A DNA stretch of 64,000 nucleotides, from positions 176 to 64,175 of IMG/VR virus record IMGVR_UViG_3300045539_000055; one strand, 5' to 3'. The notes beneath the pieces are model-generated. The model ran no database searches and had not been told where the DNA came from. It saw only the letters and a program-made list of their open reading frames with translations. The DNA is from a virus. Taxonomy: Duplodnaviria; Caudoviricetes. A program made the translations under genes and the position numbers. Every line of letters starts with the position of its first letter. The first letter of the stretch is position 1. Positions 8,196-15,786 of the stretch are shown here, one piece after another.

Positions 8196-8400
8196 AATTT
8201 TTAGATTCGTCTTTCCAATTTAACCAAAAACCAATAGCAACAATTACATTCATTCCCATTGATGTTACTATCTCAGTCAAGTCCTCATAGATATTTACTG
8301 TTAGGTGTACGTGTCCTACCATCCAAAATGGTATTGATAGGTTACACGCCACCCATATCACAGTAAATCTTATGAACTTTTTAGTCTTCTGCCTGCACAT
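8179..8400 (-). CDS. Small two-TM membrane protein
   Basis: Two hydrophobic stretches. Confidence 0.55.
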   Translation of the reverse strand: MCRQKTKKFIRFTVIWVACNLSIPFWMVGHVHLTVNIYEDLTEIVTSMGMNVIVAIGFWLNWKDESKNYDKRD

Positions 8401-9997
8401 AAGTACGAGCTAACGTAATTATCGCATCAGTACTTAAAATGGTTACAGCTACACTCACTGCATTCTGCAATGCTGAACGTGTTACTTTAAGCGGGTCAAT
8501 TACTCCCATCTTAATCAAGTCTCCAAACTCTCTTGTCTTCAAGTTGTAACCTTGACCTTCAGCTATACCATCTTTGTAAATGTCAGATGCCTTCAGTCCT
8601 GCATTAGCAAGTATCTGCAAGAACGGAGCCATAAGTGCACTCTTTAAAATCATAACTGCTGCATTATACTCAGGACTTTTGTCTCCATCAATCTCTAAAG
8701 CTGCCGATTCTTCAAGCAAAGCCTTTCCTGCACCCGGTAGAATCCCTTCCTCAAGTGCGGAACGTACTGCACAAACAGCATCATCAACCCTGTCGAACAA
8801 CTCTTTTTGCTCCAAATCTGTCTGTCCACCAACGAAAATTACCCCAATTCCACCTGTTAAAGATGCAATTCTCTCCAAAATAAAGTCCCTATCGTTCTTC
8901 TTTGTGGCATTTCTATGGGCATCCCACAGCTGATTTACTCTTTCCAAGATAGCATCTTGGTCTAATCTCAAGTCTGACTTGATGATTACGGTCTTATCCT
9001 TGCTAACAATCACTTTTGCAGCGTGCCCAAGGTCTCCAAAGTTGATAATACTTAGGTCATCCCCGGTCTTCTCACTGAAATAAGTAGCCCCAACACTGAT
9101 AGCGATGTCTTGCATCAGCTCGTGCTGCTTGTACCCGAAGCTCGGAGGAGGAACTGCACATACTTTGATGTTACCTTTCATCACATTTGCCGCCAAACTA
9201 TTAATCAAGTTACCTCCACAAGGAGAAATGATTAGCAACTTCTTACCTTCACTAACAATTGGTTTCAATACGTTCTCAATCTGTAGGATATTTGTAATCT
9301 CCATATCAGCAACCAATACCATAGTGTCTTCAAAGACACACTCGTCTTTCTTTTGGTCGTTCACAAACATAGGACTCAAATAACCCCTGTCGAACTTCAA
9401 ACCTAATGTGGTCTCAGCATAGGTCTCATCGTTTTGACTCTTCTCAACTGTAACAATTCCGGTTTTACCCACATCCTTGTACACCTCAGCAATAATCTTC
9501 CCAATCTCACGGTCATTGTTCGCTGATATACTCGCCACATCTGCCAACATTGTACTCGTAACTCTCTTGCTTCGTCTGCGTAACTTGTCCACCACCTTGT
9601 CGCTGATGTCCACCATACTTCTCAAGACCTCTGTCCGATTCAATTTCTCGTCAATAAGCTCAAGTCCACTAAGAACTAACCCTTCAGTAAGTACAATAGC
9701 GGTAGTAGTACCATCTCCTGCTGCGGTAGCAGTTCTCTCGGCAGCTTCCTTCATCATCTTAACCGCAAGGTTCTCCGATGGGTCCATTAAGTCTATTGAT
9801 TTAGCAACAGTTACACCATCTTTGGTTACAGTAATCCCGTGTGTGTGGTTTGGGGATTCAATTAGCACAGGATTTCCTCCCGGACCCAATGTACTTTTCA
9901 CAGCTTTGGACATTTTCTTAACGCCACTAACTAATTTTTTTCTACCTACTTCCCCAAAACATAAATCTTTTGGAGAATAACCTTGATTTTCTAACAT
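8381..9997 (-). CDS. groEL: Chaperonin GroEL
   Basis: STLGPGG, VTKDGVTVAKSI, AGDGTTTA, ALEEGILPGAG and GVIDPLKVTRSALQNAVS; no GGM tail. Confidence 0.97.
   Translation of the reverse strand: MLENQGYSPKDLCFGEVGRKKLVSGVKKMSKAVKSTLGPGGNPVLIESPNHTHGITVTKDGVTVAKSIDLMDPSENLAVKMMKEAAERTATAAGDGTTTAIVLTEGLVLSGLELIDEKLNRTEVLRSMVDISDKVVDKLRRRSKRVTSTMLADVASISANNDREIGKIIAEVYKDVGKTGIVTVEKSQNDETYAETTLGLKFDRGYLSPMFVNDQKKDECVFEDTMVLVADMEITNILQIENVLKPIVSEGKKLLIISPCGGNLINSLAANVMKGNIKVCAVPPPSFGYKQHELMQDIAISVGATYFSEKTGDDLSIINFGDLGHAAKVIVSKDKTVIIKSDLRLDQDAILERVNQLWDAHRNATKKNDRDFILERIASLTGGIGVIFVGGQTDLEQKELFDRVDDAVCAVRSALEEGILPGAGKALLEESAALEIDGDKSPEYNAAVMILKSALMAPFLQILANAGLKASDIYKDGIAEGQGYNLKTREFGDLIKMGVIDPLKVTRSALQNAVSVAVTILSTDAIITLARTYVQAED
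9324..9339. repeat. 16-bp palindromic repeat copy (inside groEL)
   Basis: GTGTCTTCAAAGACAC; encodes VFEDT. Confidence 0.9.
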
Positions 9998-10023
9998 TTG
10001 ATTTGATTTTTAATTGTTATGTG

Positions 10024-10031
10024 CAAATATA
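10024..10031 (-). promoter_or_regulatory. -7 box TATATTTG upstream of groEL
   Basis: CAAATATA on +, 27 nt from the groEL start. Confidence 0.6.
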
Positions 10032-10150
10032 GTACATTAATTTCTAATTAAGACCCCTTTTGAAGAAAATATGCGATAGCAAAACAATAATTATGTACAA
10101 AACTACCGCAATTATTATATTGGTGTTGTTGTTTGGTGGTTGGTCTGAAT

Positions 10151-10354
10151 GTGTCATCGTGTCGGAATGTCGTTTTTTGGTTTTCCCTACTCTCTCTTAG
10201 AAAATACTACTATATATATTTTTTTTCTGACTATAAAACTTACTCTTTTTCGACATTATCGACATTAAAAGAATAAAGAGTTAATAATCAATAAGTTATA
10301 AAAATTAAGTTGTCGCAAAAACAACAGAAAATATAACCGGTTCTGTCGATTATC
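10151..10354. other. AT-rich origin-like region with TGTCG/CGACA repeats and IHF-consensus site
   Basis: GTGTCGGAA at 10159, CGACATTATCGACAT at 10251, AATCAATAAGTTA at 10286-10298; similar layout at 22488-22670. Confidence 0.45.
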
Positions 10355-10387
10355 AAAAAAAAAAGAGAGAAACTTACGAATCTCTCT
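10355..10387 (-). terminator. Intrinsic terminator
   Basis: AGAGAGA/TCTCTCT stem followed by a U-run on the minus strand, downstream of the ORF ending at 10409. Confidence 0.6.
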
Positions 10388-10408
10388 GTTTCTTAGATTG
10401 AGTTTTGA

Positions 10409-10645
10409 CTACATATCACAGCTGTCTTCACTCTCCATCATCTCAGCCATAGCATTTCCTCTTGCTATAATTGAAATCTTCTCAGCTGTCTTAATAGACT
10501 TTTTCATCTGAGCAAGTTGGGCAATACCGGTTTGTCCATCAGGTCTGTCGTTAATCAACATACCATCCTTTACAGTAAGTCCACTAAAACCTCCTGAGGT
10601 CTTTTGTTGGTAGATACTGTTCTTCAAATTTAAAGGTTGTTTCAT
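10409..10645 (-). CDS. Hypothetical protein
   Basis: Likely ATG 10645 (MKQPLNLKN...), with -7 box TATCTTTG at 10671-10678. Confidence 0.65.
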   Translation of the reverse strand: MKQPLNLKNSIYQQKTSGGFSGLTVKDGMLINDRPDGQTGIAQLAQMKKSIKTAEKISIIARGNAMAEMMESEDSCDM

Positions 10646-10817
10646 TTTGCGAAATTTTAAAAGTTCACTACAAAGATAGGTTTTTTTTATTATCAGGTTC
10701 ATATAGTGTTTGGGTAGTATAGCGGTTTGGCGAGCCGACCCCCGGCAGGAAAGTCGGATTTTTTTTGAGGGGTGGGGGGGCGTTTCCCAAAAAGTTCTCG
10801 GATTTTTTAGGCTTTTT

Positions 10818-10986
10818 GCTACAGCCTACAGCCCCCCGCTCCCGCTACAGCCTACAGCTACAGCCCCGCTCCCGCATACATTACAGCCCCGCTACAGCGA
10901 CCCGCTCCCGCTCCGCTCCGCTACAGCCTCCCGCTCCCATAGTGTGCAAATGTAAACATCAACAGCCCCGCTATGAGCTCCCCGCT
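10818..10986. repeat. GC-rich mosaic array of CCGCT and TACAGC units at the early/late divergence (probable genome-end region)
   Basis: About 11 CCGCT and 8 TACAGC counted by eye; non-coding. Confidence 0.8.
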
Positions 10987-10988
10987 TT

Positions 10989-11004
10989 GTGTCTTTAAAG
11001 ACAC
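10989..11004. repeat. 16-bp palindromic repeat copy (perfect palindrome)
   Basis: GTGTCTTTAAAGACAC. Confidence 0.9.
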
Positions 11005-11148
11005 TATAAAAAACGTGTGAGCCCCCGCAAACAAAGGGTTAACGCCCTCCGATGAATAAACAGCCATATAAACCGCATAAAATTGCCCTTTGCGAAGCCC
11101 CGCAAACATTGAGAAAATGAACTTTTATTGAAAAAATATCAAAAAACA

Positions 11149-11180
11149 TTTGCATACTATATAGAAATAGACTAATATTG
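11149..11180 (+). promoter_or_regulatory. Early promoter (-33 TTTG / -7 TAATATTG)
   Basis: 20-nt spacer, same as the promoters at 13700 and 15688; AT-rich upstream tract. Confidence 0.55.
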
Positions 11181-11261
11181 TACAAGGAATGAGCGAGTAA
11201 TTGACATCGAAATCACCTAACTTACTGAAAATCAATTAATTAACATTAAATTTTAGAAATT

Positions 11262-11900
11262 ATGAGTACACTTTTAACAATCGAGGCGGCTTTTTTAAGT
11301 CAAACAAATGTAACAACCGCAATAAATTTGCGTGAAATTAGAGGGCTTCAAAGAACTTTAGCCAATGGGCAAAAAAAGAAATTTCAACAGACTTTGGAAT
11401 TATCCGCTAAGGTGGTGGAGGCTGTAAATTGGTTTGCATCCGAAGAGGGCAAAACAGCTACAGCCGAAGCGGGCATTTATTGGACTAATGAGCAAATCGG
11501 AAATAAGGTTTTTGGATGGCAAAAAAGCTACTTTTACAAAGTAGTTAAGGCGGGCAAATTGGAGGCTACAAAGGTGGAGCAATTCAACAGCCTATGCGAT
11601 GAAGCCGAAGCGAGAGGCGAAGAGCCAAACAGAACTTTAGAGGGCTTGCTTAAATTTGCCCGCTTAGGTGGTGGAACTACAGCCGAAGAGGGTGGAGCAT
11701 CCGAAGAGGGCGAAGAGACCGAAGAGAGCGGGGAAATCGGGGTTGAAATTCGCATCCCGACAATTTTCACGATGACCTACAAAGGTGGAGCGAAAAACGT
11801 ATCAATTCGCATCAATGAGGCGGGAGCAATAGCCACCACAAACAGCACTGAGGAAATCCTTGAGGCTATAGCATTTTTAACTAATTCAATCAATCAATAA
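11262..11900 (+). CDS. First early gene, hypothetical (helical N-domain, acidic linker)
   Basis: ORF track; GWQKSYFYKVVKA could be an HTH recognition helix. Confidence 0.7.
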   Translation: MSTLLTIEAAFLSQTNVTTAINLREIRGLQRTLANGQKKKFQQTLELSAKVVEAVNWFASEEGKTATAEAGIYWTNEQIGNKVFGWQKSYFYKVVKAGKLEATKVEQFNSLCDEAEARGEEPNRTLEGLLKFARLGGGTTAEEGGASEEGEETEESGEIGVEIRIPTIFTMTYKGGAKNVSIRINEAGAIATTNSTEEILEAIAFLTNSINQ

Positions 11901-11903
11901 TTT

Positions 11904-11919
11904 GTGTCTTCAAAGACAC
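11904..11919. repeat. 16-bp palindromic repeat copy (intergenic)
   Basis: GTGTCTTCAAAGACAC, 3 nt after a stop codon. Confidence 0.9.
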
Positions 11920-11937
11920 TTTAAAACCAATTTTTTT

Positions 11938-12858
11938 ATGAGAGCAACAGCATCAACAGGCGTAATTTACACCACTACAGGAGAATCAAGAAGAGGCAAT
12001 GTTTCAGGCTACCACCAAAAGCCAAGCCCGAATTTTTTAAACAAAACAGCCCACCGCATCGATGTTGCGGGGCTTAAAGCAATCGAGCAAAGAACCGCCA
12101 TAAAATTCGATGGTAGAGAGTACGAGAGCAAATTTACAATCGGTTTTGAGGTTGAAAAAAATCAATTGAGCCGTAACGCTGTGAGAGAGTACGAACTTTT
12201 TTGCGGGTTTGAAACCGACTCAAGCTGTGGCTATGAGGCTGTAACCCATATTTTACCGCTGTTACCTGCGGGGCAATGGCGAACAAAAGTTTACGATATG
12301 ATGCATAAAGCCGAGAAAATCATCGATGACAACTACAGCCCAAGCGATAGAAGATGCGGGGGGCACATTACAATCGGATGCGATGGATTGAATGGCGAAG
12401 AGTTAAACGCCTTAGTTCGCAAAAATGCGGGCATCGTTTTAGCCCTATTCAGAAGACGATTAAAAAACACCTATTGCGGGGCTAATCGTAGAATGCAACC
12501 CGAGACCGACAGCCGATTTAATTCTACTGATGGCTATCACTACAGCAACAGCGGATGGCACGGAAAATATCAAACAGCCCTTGTAAAAGGTCATTGTTTA
12601 GAGTTTAGAATCCCGAGCAAATTCGAGAGCGTTAAACAGATGATGAGACGATACGAATTGTTTTACGAGATGGTTAACTACAGCGTGAACAACCCGAGAG
12701 GCACACACGAAAAGTTTTTGAAAAGCATCACGCCAATCATAGTTTCAATGTACAATGGCGACACCGCCAAGGCTGAGGAAATTTTGAAATTTGCGAGACA
12801 CTTCCAAAAGTTCATCAACAAGGGCGAAATTCATCAAGACATCGCAATGTACCTTTAG
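11938..12858 (+). CDS. Putative amidoligase (COOH-NH2 ligase, glutamine synthetase/GCS fold)
   Basis: FTIGFEVE, D.S..GYE, CGGHITIG and LEFR motifs; likely ATG 11938. Confidence 0.8.
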   Translation: MRATASTGVIYTTTGESRRGNVSGYHQKPSPNFLNKTAHRIDVAGLKAIEQRTAIKFDGREYESKFTIGFEVEKNQLSRNAVREYELFCGFETDSSCGYEAVTHILPLLPAGQWRTKVYDMMHKAEKIIDDNYSPSDRRCGGHITIGCDGLNGEELNALVRKNAGIVLALFRRRLKNTYCGANRRMQPETDSRFNSTDGYHYSNSGWHGKYQTALVKGHCLEFRIPSKFESVKQMMRRYELFYEMVNYSVNNPRGTHEKFLKSITPIIVSMYNGDTAKAEEILKFARHFQKFINKGEIHQDIAMYL

Positions 12859-12866
12859 CAAGCAAA

Positions 12867-12884
12867 GGAGCGGGAAACCGCTCC
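12867..12884 (+). other. GNRA hairpin abutting hammerhead 1
   Basis: GGAGCGG-GAAA-CCGCTCC, no U-tract. Confidence 0.8.
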
Positions 12885-12935
12885 GCTGTATGCGGATGAG
12901 TGTCCGCACTGATGAGCCCAAGAGGGCGAAACAGC
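12885..12935 (+). ncRNA. Type III hammerhead ribozyme 1
   Basis: GCUGUA^UGCGGA-UGAGUG-UCCGCA-CUGAUGA-GCCC-AAGA-GGGC-GAAACAGC; predicted cleavage after 12890. Confidence 0.95.
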
Positions 12936-12954
12936 AACCTAAAATTTATGAGTT

Positions 12955-13146
12955 ATGAAATTAGAAATTTGTTTAAAATCGTTTGCCTTAGCGGTAGTTT
13001 ATTTGTCCTTAGCTGTAGCCCTTACAAGCGGGAAAGTTCAGGAGTTGATTAAATTCAATTCAGTTGACAGCGAGATTTTTATGTGTGTCCTTTGCGGGAG
13101 TGCGGGCTTGCTTTGTCTAATCGCTTCAATCAAAGTAAAGCGATGA
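12955..13146 (+). CDS. 63-aa two-TM membrane protein flanked by hammerheads 1 and 2
   Basis: ORF track; two hydrophobic helices. Confidence 0.65.
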   Translation: MKLEICLKSFALAVVYLSLAVALTSGKVQELIKFNSVDSEIFMCVLCGSAGLLCLIASIKVKR

Positions 13147-13178
13147 TAGTGCGAGAGGGTGGCGATTAAATGCGGGGA

Positions 13179-13194
13179 GTGTCTTCAAAGACAC
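13179..13194. repeat. 16-bp palindromic repeat copy abutting hammerhead 2
   Basis: GTGTCTTCAAAGACAC. Confidence 0.9.
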
Positions 13195-13243
13195 CCGTAC
13201 AAGGATGAGTGTCCTTGCTGATGAGTTCAAAAGAACGAAACGG
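13195..13243 (+). ncRNA. Type III hammerhead ribozyme 2
   Basis: CCGUA^CAAGGA-UGAGUG-UCCUUG-CUGAUGA-GUUC-AAAA-GAAC-GAAACGG; predicted cleavage after 13199. Confidence 0.95.
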
Positions 13244-13266
13244 AAACCTAATCTAATCTAATCAAG

Positions 13267-13413
13267 ATGAGTAAACAAGACAAGGCGAAAGCCAAAGAAC
13301 AGCACAGAAGAGCCACAGATTTTTATGCGTGGTTGGAAAAAATGGGGAATGTTTATATGGCAGACACCCGCAGAATGGACAGAGCAATTTTAATCGTGAT
13401 TGAAAATGTGTAG
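13267..13413 (+). CDS. 48-aa early peptide
   Basis: Manually translated, MSKQDKAKAKEQHRRATDFYAWLEKMG...; starts 24 nt after hammerhead 2. Confidence 0.6.
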   Translation: MSKQDKAKAKEQHRRATDFYAWLEKMGNVYMADTRRMDRAILIVIENV

Positions 13414-13648
13414 CGTGGAGCAAATTCAGGAGGCAATACTTCGGGATGGAGTAGCCTTCATAAATGTGTGGTCGCAAGATTGCGATGGAGTTCAGGCACA
13501 ATACCACAAAGAGTTTCAATCGGTGGAGGATTTTTTAGCGTGGGAGGTGGATTTTTACGAGTGGGCAGAGGGTAGCCAAGGCTATAGCCTAACAGACAAA
13601 GACAACCTCGATGAGTCGGTTACGTGGGGTGGATGGGGCGATTACTAA
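13406..13648 (+). CDS. Small acidic early protein
   Basis: ORF track; D/E/W-rich; likely ATG 13406. Confidence 0.6.
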   Translation: MCSVEQIQEAILRDGVAFINVWSQDCDGVQAQYHKEFQSVEDFLAWEVDFYEWAEGSQGYSLTDKDNLDESVTWGGWGDY

Positions 13649-13699
13649 GCCCCGCCAAGCCCCATAAACAAAGGGAAAATGAAAATAAATGAAATTTTA

Positions 13700-13731
13700 T
13701 TTGGTAGTGTCGATTACTCGTTCTATCTTTG
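13700..13731 (+). promoter_or_regulatory. Early promoter (-33 TTTG / -7 TATCTTTG)
   Basis: Consensus Bacteroidota promoter; near-duplicate of 15688-15719. Confidence 0.8.
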
Positions 13732-13765
13732 TCGAAATTTAGTTCATTAATCTAATCTAATCACT

Positions 13766-13957
13766 ATGAAAATTATCACAGACCGCAGAGTTTTGAATGC
13801 AGTAGCAAAGAAACACGATTTAAGTTTTTGCCCAAAGTATAAGTATTACGATGGCGATGACTATGACTTGCCTCGAGAGTTTATCTTAAATGGCAGAGTT
13901 TACATTTTAAAATATTACGATGGATGTTTCAATCCGTTTTTAACTTTAATTAATTAG
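13766..13957 (+). CDS. Small early protein
   Basis: ORF track; KYYDGCFNPF motif. Confidence 0.6.
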   Translation: MKIITDRRVLNAVAKKHDLSFCPKYKYYDGDDYDLPREFILNGRVYILKYYDGCFNPFLTLIN

Positions 13958-13972
13958 TGTCTTCAAAGACAC
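13957..13972. repeat. 16-bp palindromic repeat copy (at gene boundary)
   Basis: GTGTCTTCAAAGACAC overlapping a stop codon. Confidence 0.9.
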
Positions 13973-13988
13973 ACAAAACCAATTTATT

Positions 13989-14546
13989 ATGAGACAAATC
14001 ACAGAAAGAATTTGCACAGCCTTCGAGCAACGCAGAACATTAAAAATTGACAACACCGAAACAGATGGCACAAGCCTTTGGTTGTTCGGGAATGAAATTG
14101 CCCAATGGCGAGAGGATGGAATTTGGATAACCGATGCGGGTTGGAAAAGCAAAACCACCAAGGAGCGTTTGAACGGGTTAACGGGAGTCAACATCACGCA
14201 GAGAGCGGGCAGTTGGTACATAAACGGGAACCTTTGGCAAGGCGAGTGGACAAGCGTGAATGAGAATAACGGAATAACACAGACCCCGCAAGAGGTAGTG
14301 CAATTTGACATCACAAGCGAGTGGAAAGGTAACTACAGCAAGCCAATCTATTCAGTGTATCACACACACACAGAGGCAGAAATTCTACAGATTGAGTTTA
14401 TGCTAAGTGCTATCGGAATACCTACCACAAAAACGTATTCAGATACCGATGGAGAGTACAAGCCTAATCACTTTATCGTTGTGCCCGTAGCAGAGTTTGA
14501 GAGAGCAAAACAATTTTTAACCAAAGTGTCTTTGGAGACACTATAA
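13989..14546 (+). CDS. Conserved early hypothetical protein
   Basis: LFGNEIA...AGW.S.TTKERLNGL motif. Confidence 0.75.
   Translation: MRQITERICTAFEQRRTLKIDNTETDGTSLWLFGNEIAQWREDGIWITDAGWKSKTTKERLNGLTGVNITQRAGSWYINGNLWQGEWTSVNENNGITQTPQEVVQFDITSEWKGNYSKPIYSVYHTHTEAEILQIEFMLSAIGIPTTKTYSDTDGEYKPNHFIVVPVAEFERAKQFLTKVSLETL
14526..14541. repeat. 16-bp palindromic repeat, variant copy at gene end
   Basis: GTGTCTTTGGAGACAC. Confidence 0.8.
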
Positions 14547-14558
14547 AACCTAATCAAA

Positions 14559-14687
14559 ATGAAAAATTCAAAATCGTATGCAGTTTACATTATCTACATT
14601 ATTCTAATGACATCAATGCTTGTTTCAAGTTGTGCCTCAAGGTGCAAGCAACAGCGAAGATATTGGAATACACATAGAGCAGTTTAA
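14559..14687 (+). CDS. 42-aa predicted lipoprotein
   Basis: Manually translated, MKNSKSYAVYIIYIILMTSMLVSS|CASRCKQQRRYWNTHRAV. Confidence 0.55.
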   Translation: MKNSKSYAVYIIYIILMTSMLVSSCASRCKQQRRYWNTHRAV

Positions 14688-14715
14688 AAATTATTAATCA
14701 ATAAATCAAATCAAA

Positions 14716-14787
14716 ATGAAAAAAGTTGTAGCGATATTTTTAATATCAATAGTAATATCATTTATTTTAGCCCCATACCAAGGCTAA
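14716..14787 (+). CDS. 23-aa hydrophobic micropeptide
   Basis: MKKVVAIFLISIVISFILAPYQG, preceded by an AAATCAAATCAAA leader. Confidence 0.45.
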   Translation: MKKVVAIFLISIVISFILAPYQG

Positions 14788-14798
14788 AAAAGAGGGGA

Positions 14799-14814
14799 GT
14801 GTCTTCAAAGACAC
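14799..14814. repeat. 16-bp palindromic repeat copy in extended hairpin abutting hammerhead 3
   Basis: GGGA-GTGTCTTCAAAGACAC-TCTC. Confidence 0.9.
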
Positions 14815-14818
14815 TCTC

Positions 14819-14869
14819 GCTGTCTCAAGGTAATTGCCTTGACTGACGAGCCTATCAAGGCGAAACAGC
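14819..14869 (+). ncRNA. Type III hammerhead ribozyme 3
   Basis: GCUGUC^UCAAGG-UAAUUG-CCUUGA-CUGACGA-GCCU-AUCA-AGGC-GAAACAGC; predicted cleavage after 14824. Confidence 0.95.
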
Positions 14870-14889
14870 AAATTTAAAAACAAAAAAAA

Positions 14890-15267
14890 ATGAGCAATCT
14901 AACAAAAGTTGTCGATGGCTTTTTATGGCTAATCGTAACGGACAAAGCAAAAGAAATTTTTATCAGCGGGCTATTCGACTTGTACATCCTACACGATGAT
15001 AGTTCAGAGAGCTTAATCGAAGGCTTCGGGCAGTTGGTTGAGGCACTTGAAAACGGAATGGACATCGGAATTGAAGGCGGGCATTTGCCTAAGAAGGAGA
15101 CCCAAGCAGACCTACAGAAAGAGCTTGTACAGAAGTCAGGCATCAACATCGTAACGTGTGGAGAGTGTGCAGAGGTTATGTTACACAGAGTTACAGACGA
15201 GGTTGTAGTTTGTCCTTTTTGCGAGTTTTCTAACGACCCTTGTCATTTTCCCGACTTATATTATTAA
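14890..15267 (+). CDS. Early protein with C-terminal Zn ribbon
   Basis: CGEC...CPFC...DPCHFPDL. Confidence 0.7.
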   Translation: MSNLTKVVDGFLWLIVTDKAKEIFISGLFDLYILHDDSSESLIEGFGQLVEALENGMDIGIEGGHLPKKETQADLQKELVQKSGINIVTCGECAEVMLHRVTDEVVVCPFCEFSNDPCHFPDLYY

Positions 15268-15285
15268 TCACTAAATCAAATAAAA

Positions 15286-15534
15286 ATGAGCATTATCAAA
15301 ATCACAAAGCAAGATTGGAAAACGATTAACCCGACAAAAACGGGAATTGATAACCAAAAATTAGACAGAGAGTACACTATTTTATTCAACACGAATGAAA
15401 TGATTACAGCAAAAGAAAGCGAGCACGGAGGCACATACATAACCTACAAAAAGGCTATGGTGGATGGAATGACTTGCAAAGAAACATTAGACGAAGTTTA
15501 CGCCCTTATTTGTGCATCAGATGGAAGCAACTAA
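15286..15534 (+). CDS. Hypothetical protein
   Basis: ORF track. Confidence 0.6.
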   Translation: MSIIKITKQDWKTINPTKTGIDNQKLDREYTILFNTNEMITAKESEHGGTYITYKKAMVDGMTCKETLDEVYALICASDGSN

Positions 15535-15676
15535 ATCATTCAGCGTGTATTACGATGGAGTGTACGTTCAGAACGTAACAGCCCACAGCGGGTTCGAGGC
15601 AATAGACAAAGTTTTCTATTTGTACATAGAGAAACACCCGACCCTCGAAAGAAAAAAATTCAGTACTAAAAAATAA
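15521..15676 (+). CDS. 51-aa early peptide
   Basis: Manually translated, MEATKSFSVYYDGVYVQNVTAHSGFEAIDK... Confidence 0.5.
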   Translation: MEATKSFSVYYDGVYVQNVTAHSGFEAIDKVFYLYIEKHPTLERKKFSTKK

Positions 15677-15687
15677 TTCAAAATAAA

Positions 15688-15719
15688 TTTGGCAGTGTCG
15701 ATTACTTGTCGTACCTTTG
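15688..15719 (+). promoter_or_regulatory. Early promoter (-33 TTTG / -7 TACCTTTG)
   Basis: Consensus; spacer AGTGTCGATTACT shared with the 13700 promoter. Confidence 0.8.
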
Positions 15720-15748
15720 TCGAATATTAGTTTATTAATCAGGATTCT

Positions 15749-15764
15749 GTGTCTTCAAAGACAC
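15749..15764. repeat. 16-bp palindromic repeat copy between promoter and GATase start
   Basis: GTGTCTTCAAAGACAC. Confidence 0.9.
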
Positions 15765-15786
15765 TATCCGCAAATCAAATCAAATT

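Noticed and set aside
10710-11109. Track ORFs 10710..10955, 10765..10998 and 10921..11109
   Set aside because: These are translations of the low-complexity repeat island, with atypical composition and no leader.
12867-12884. Hairpins before the hammerheads as intrinsic terminators
   Set aside because: No U-tract follows; they abut ribozyme stem III directly.
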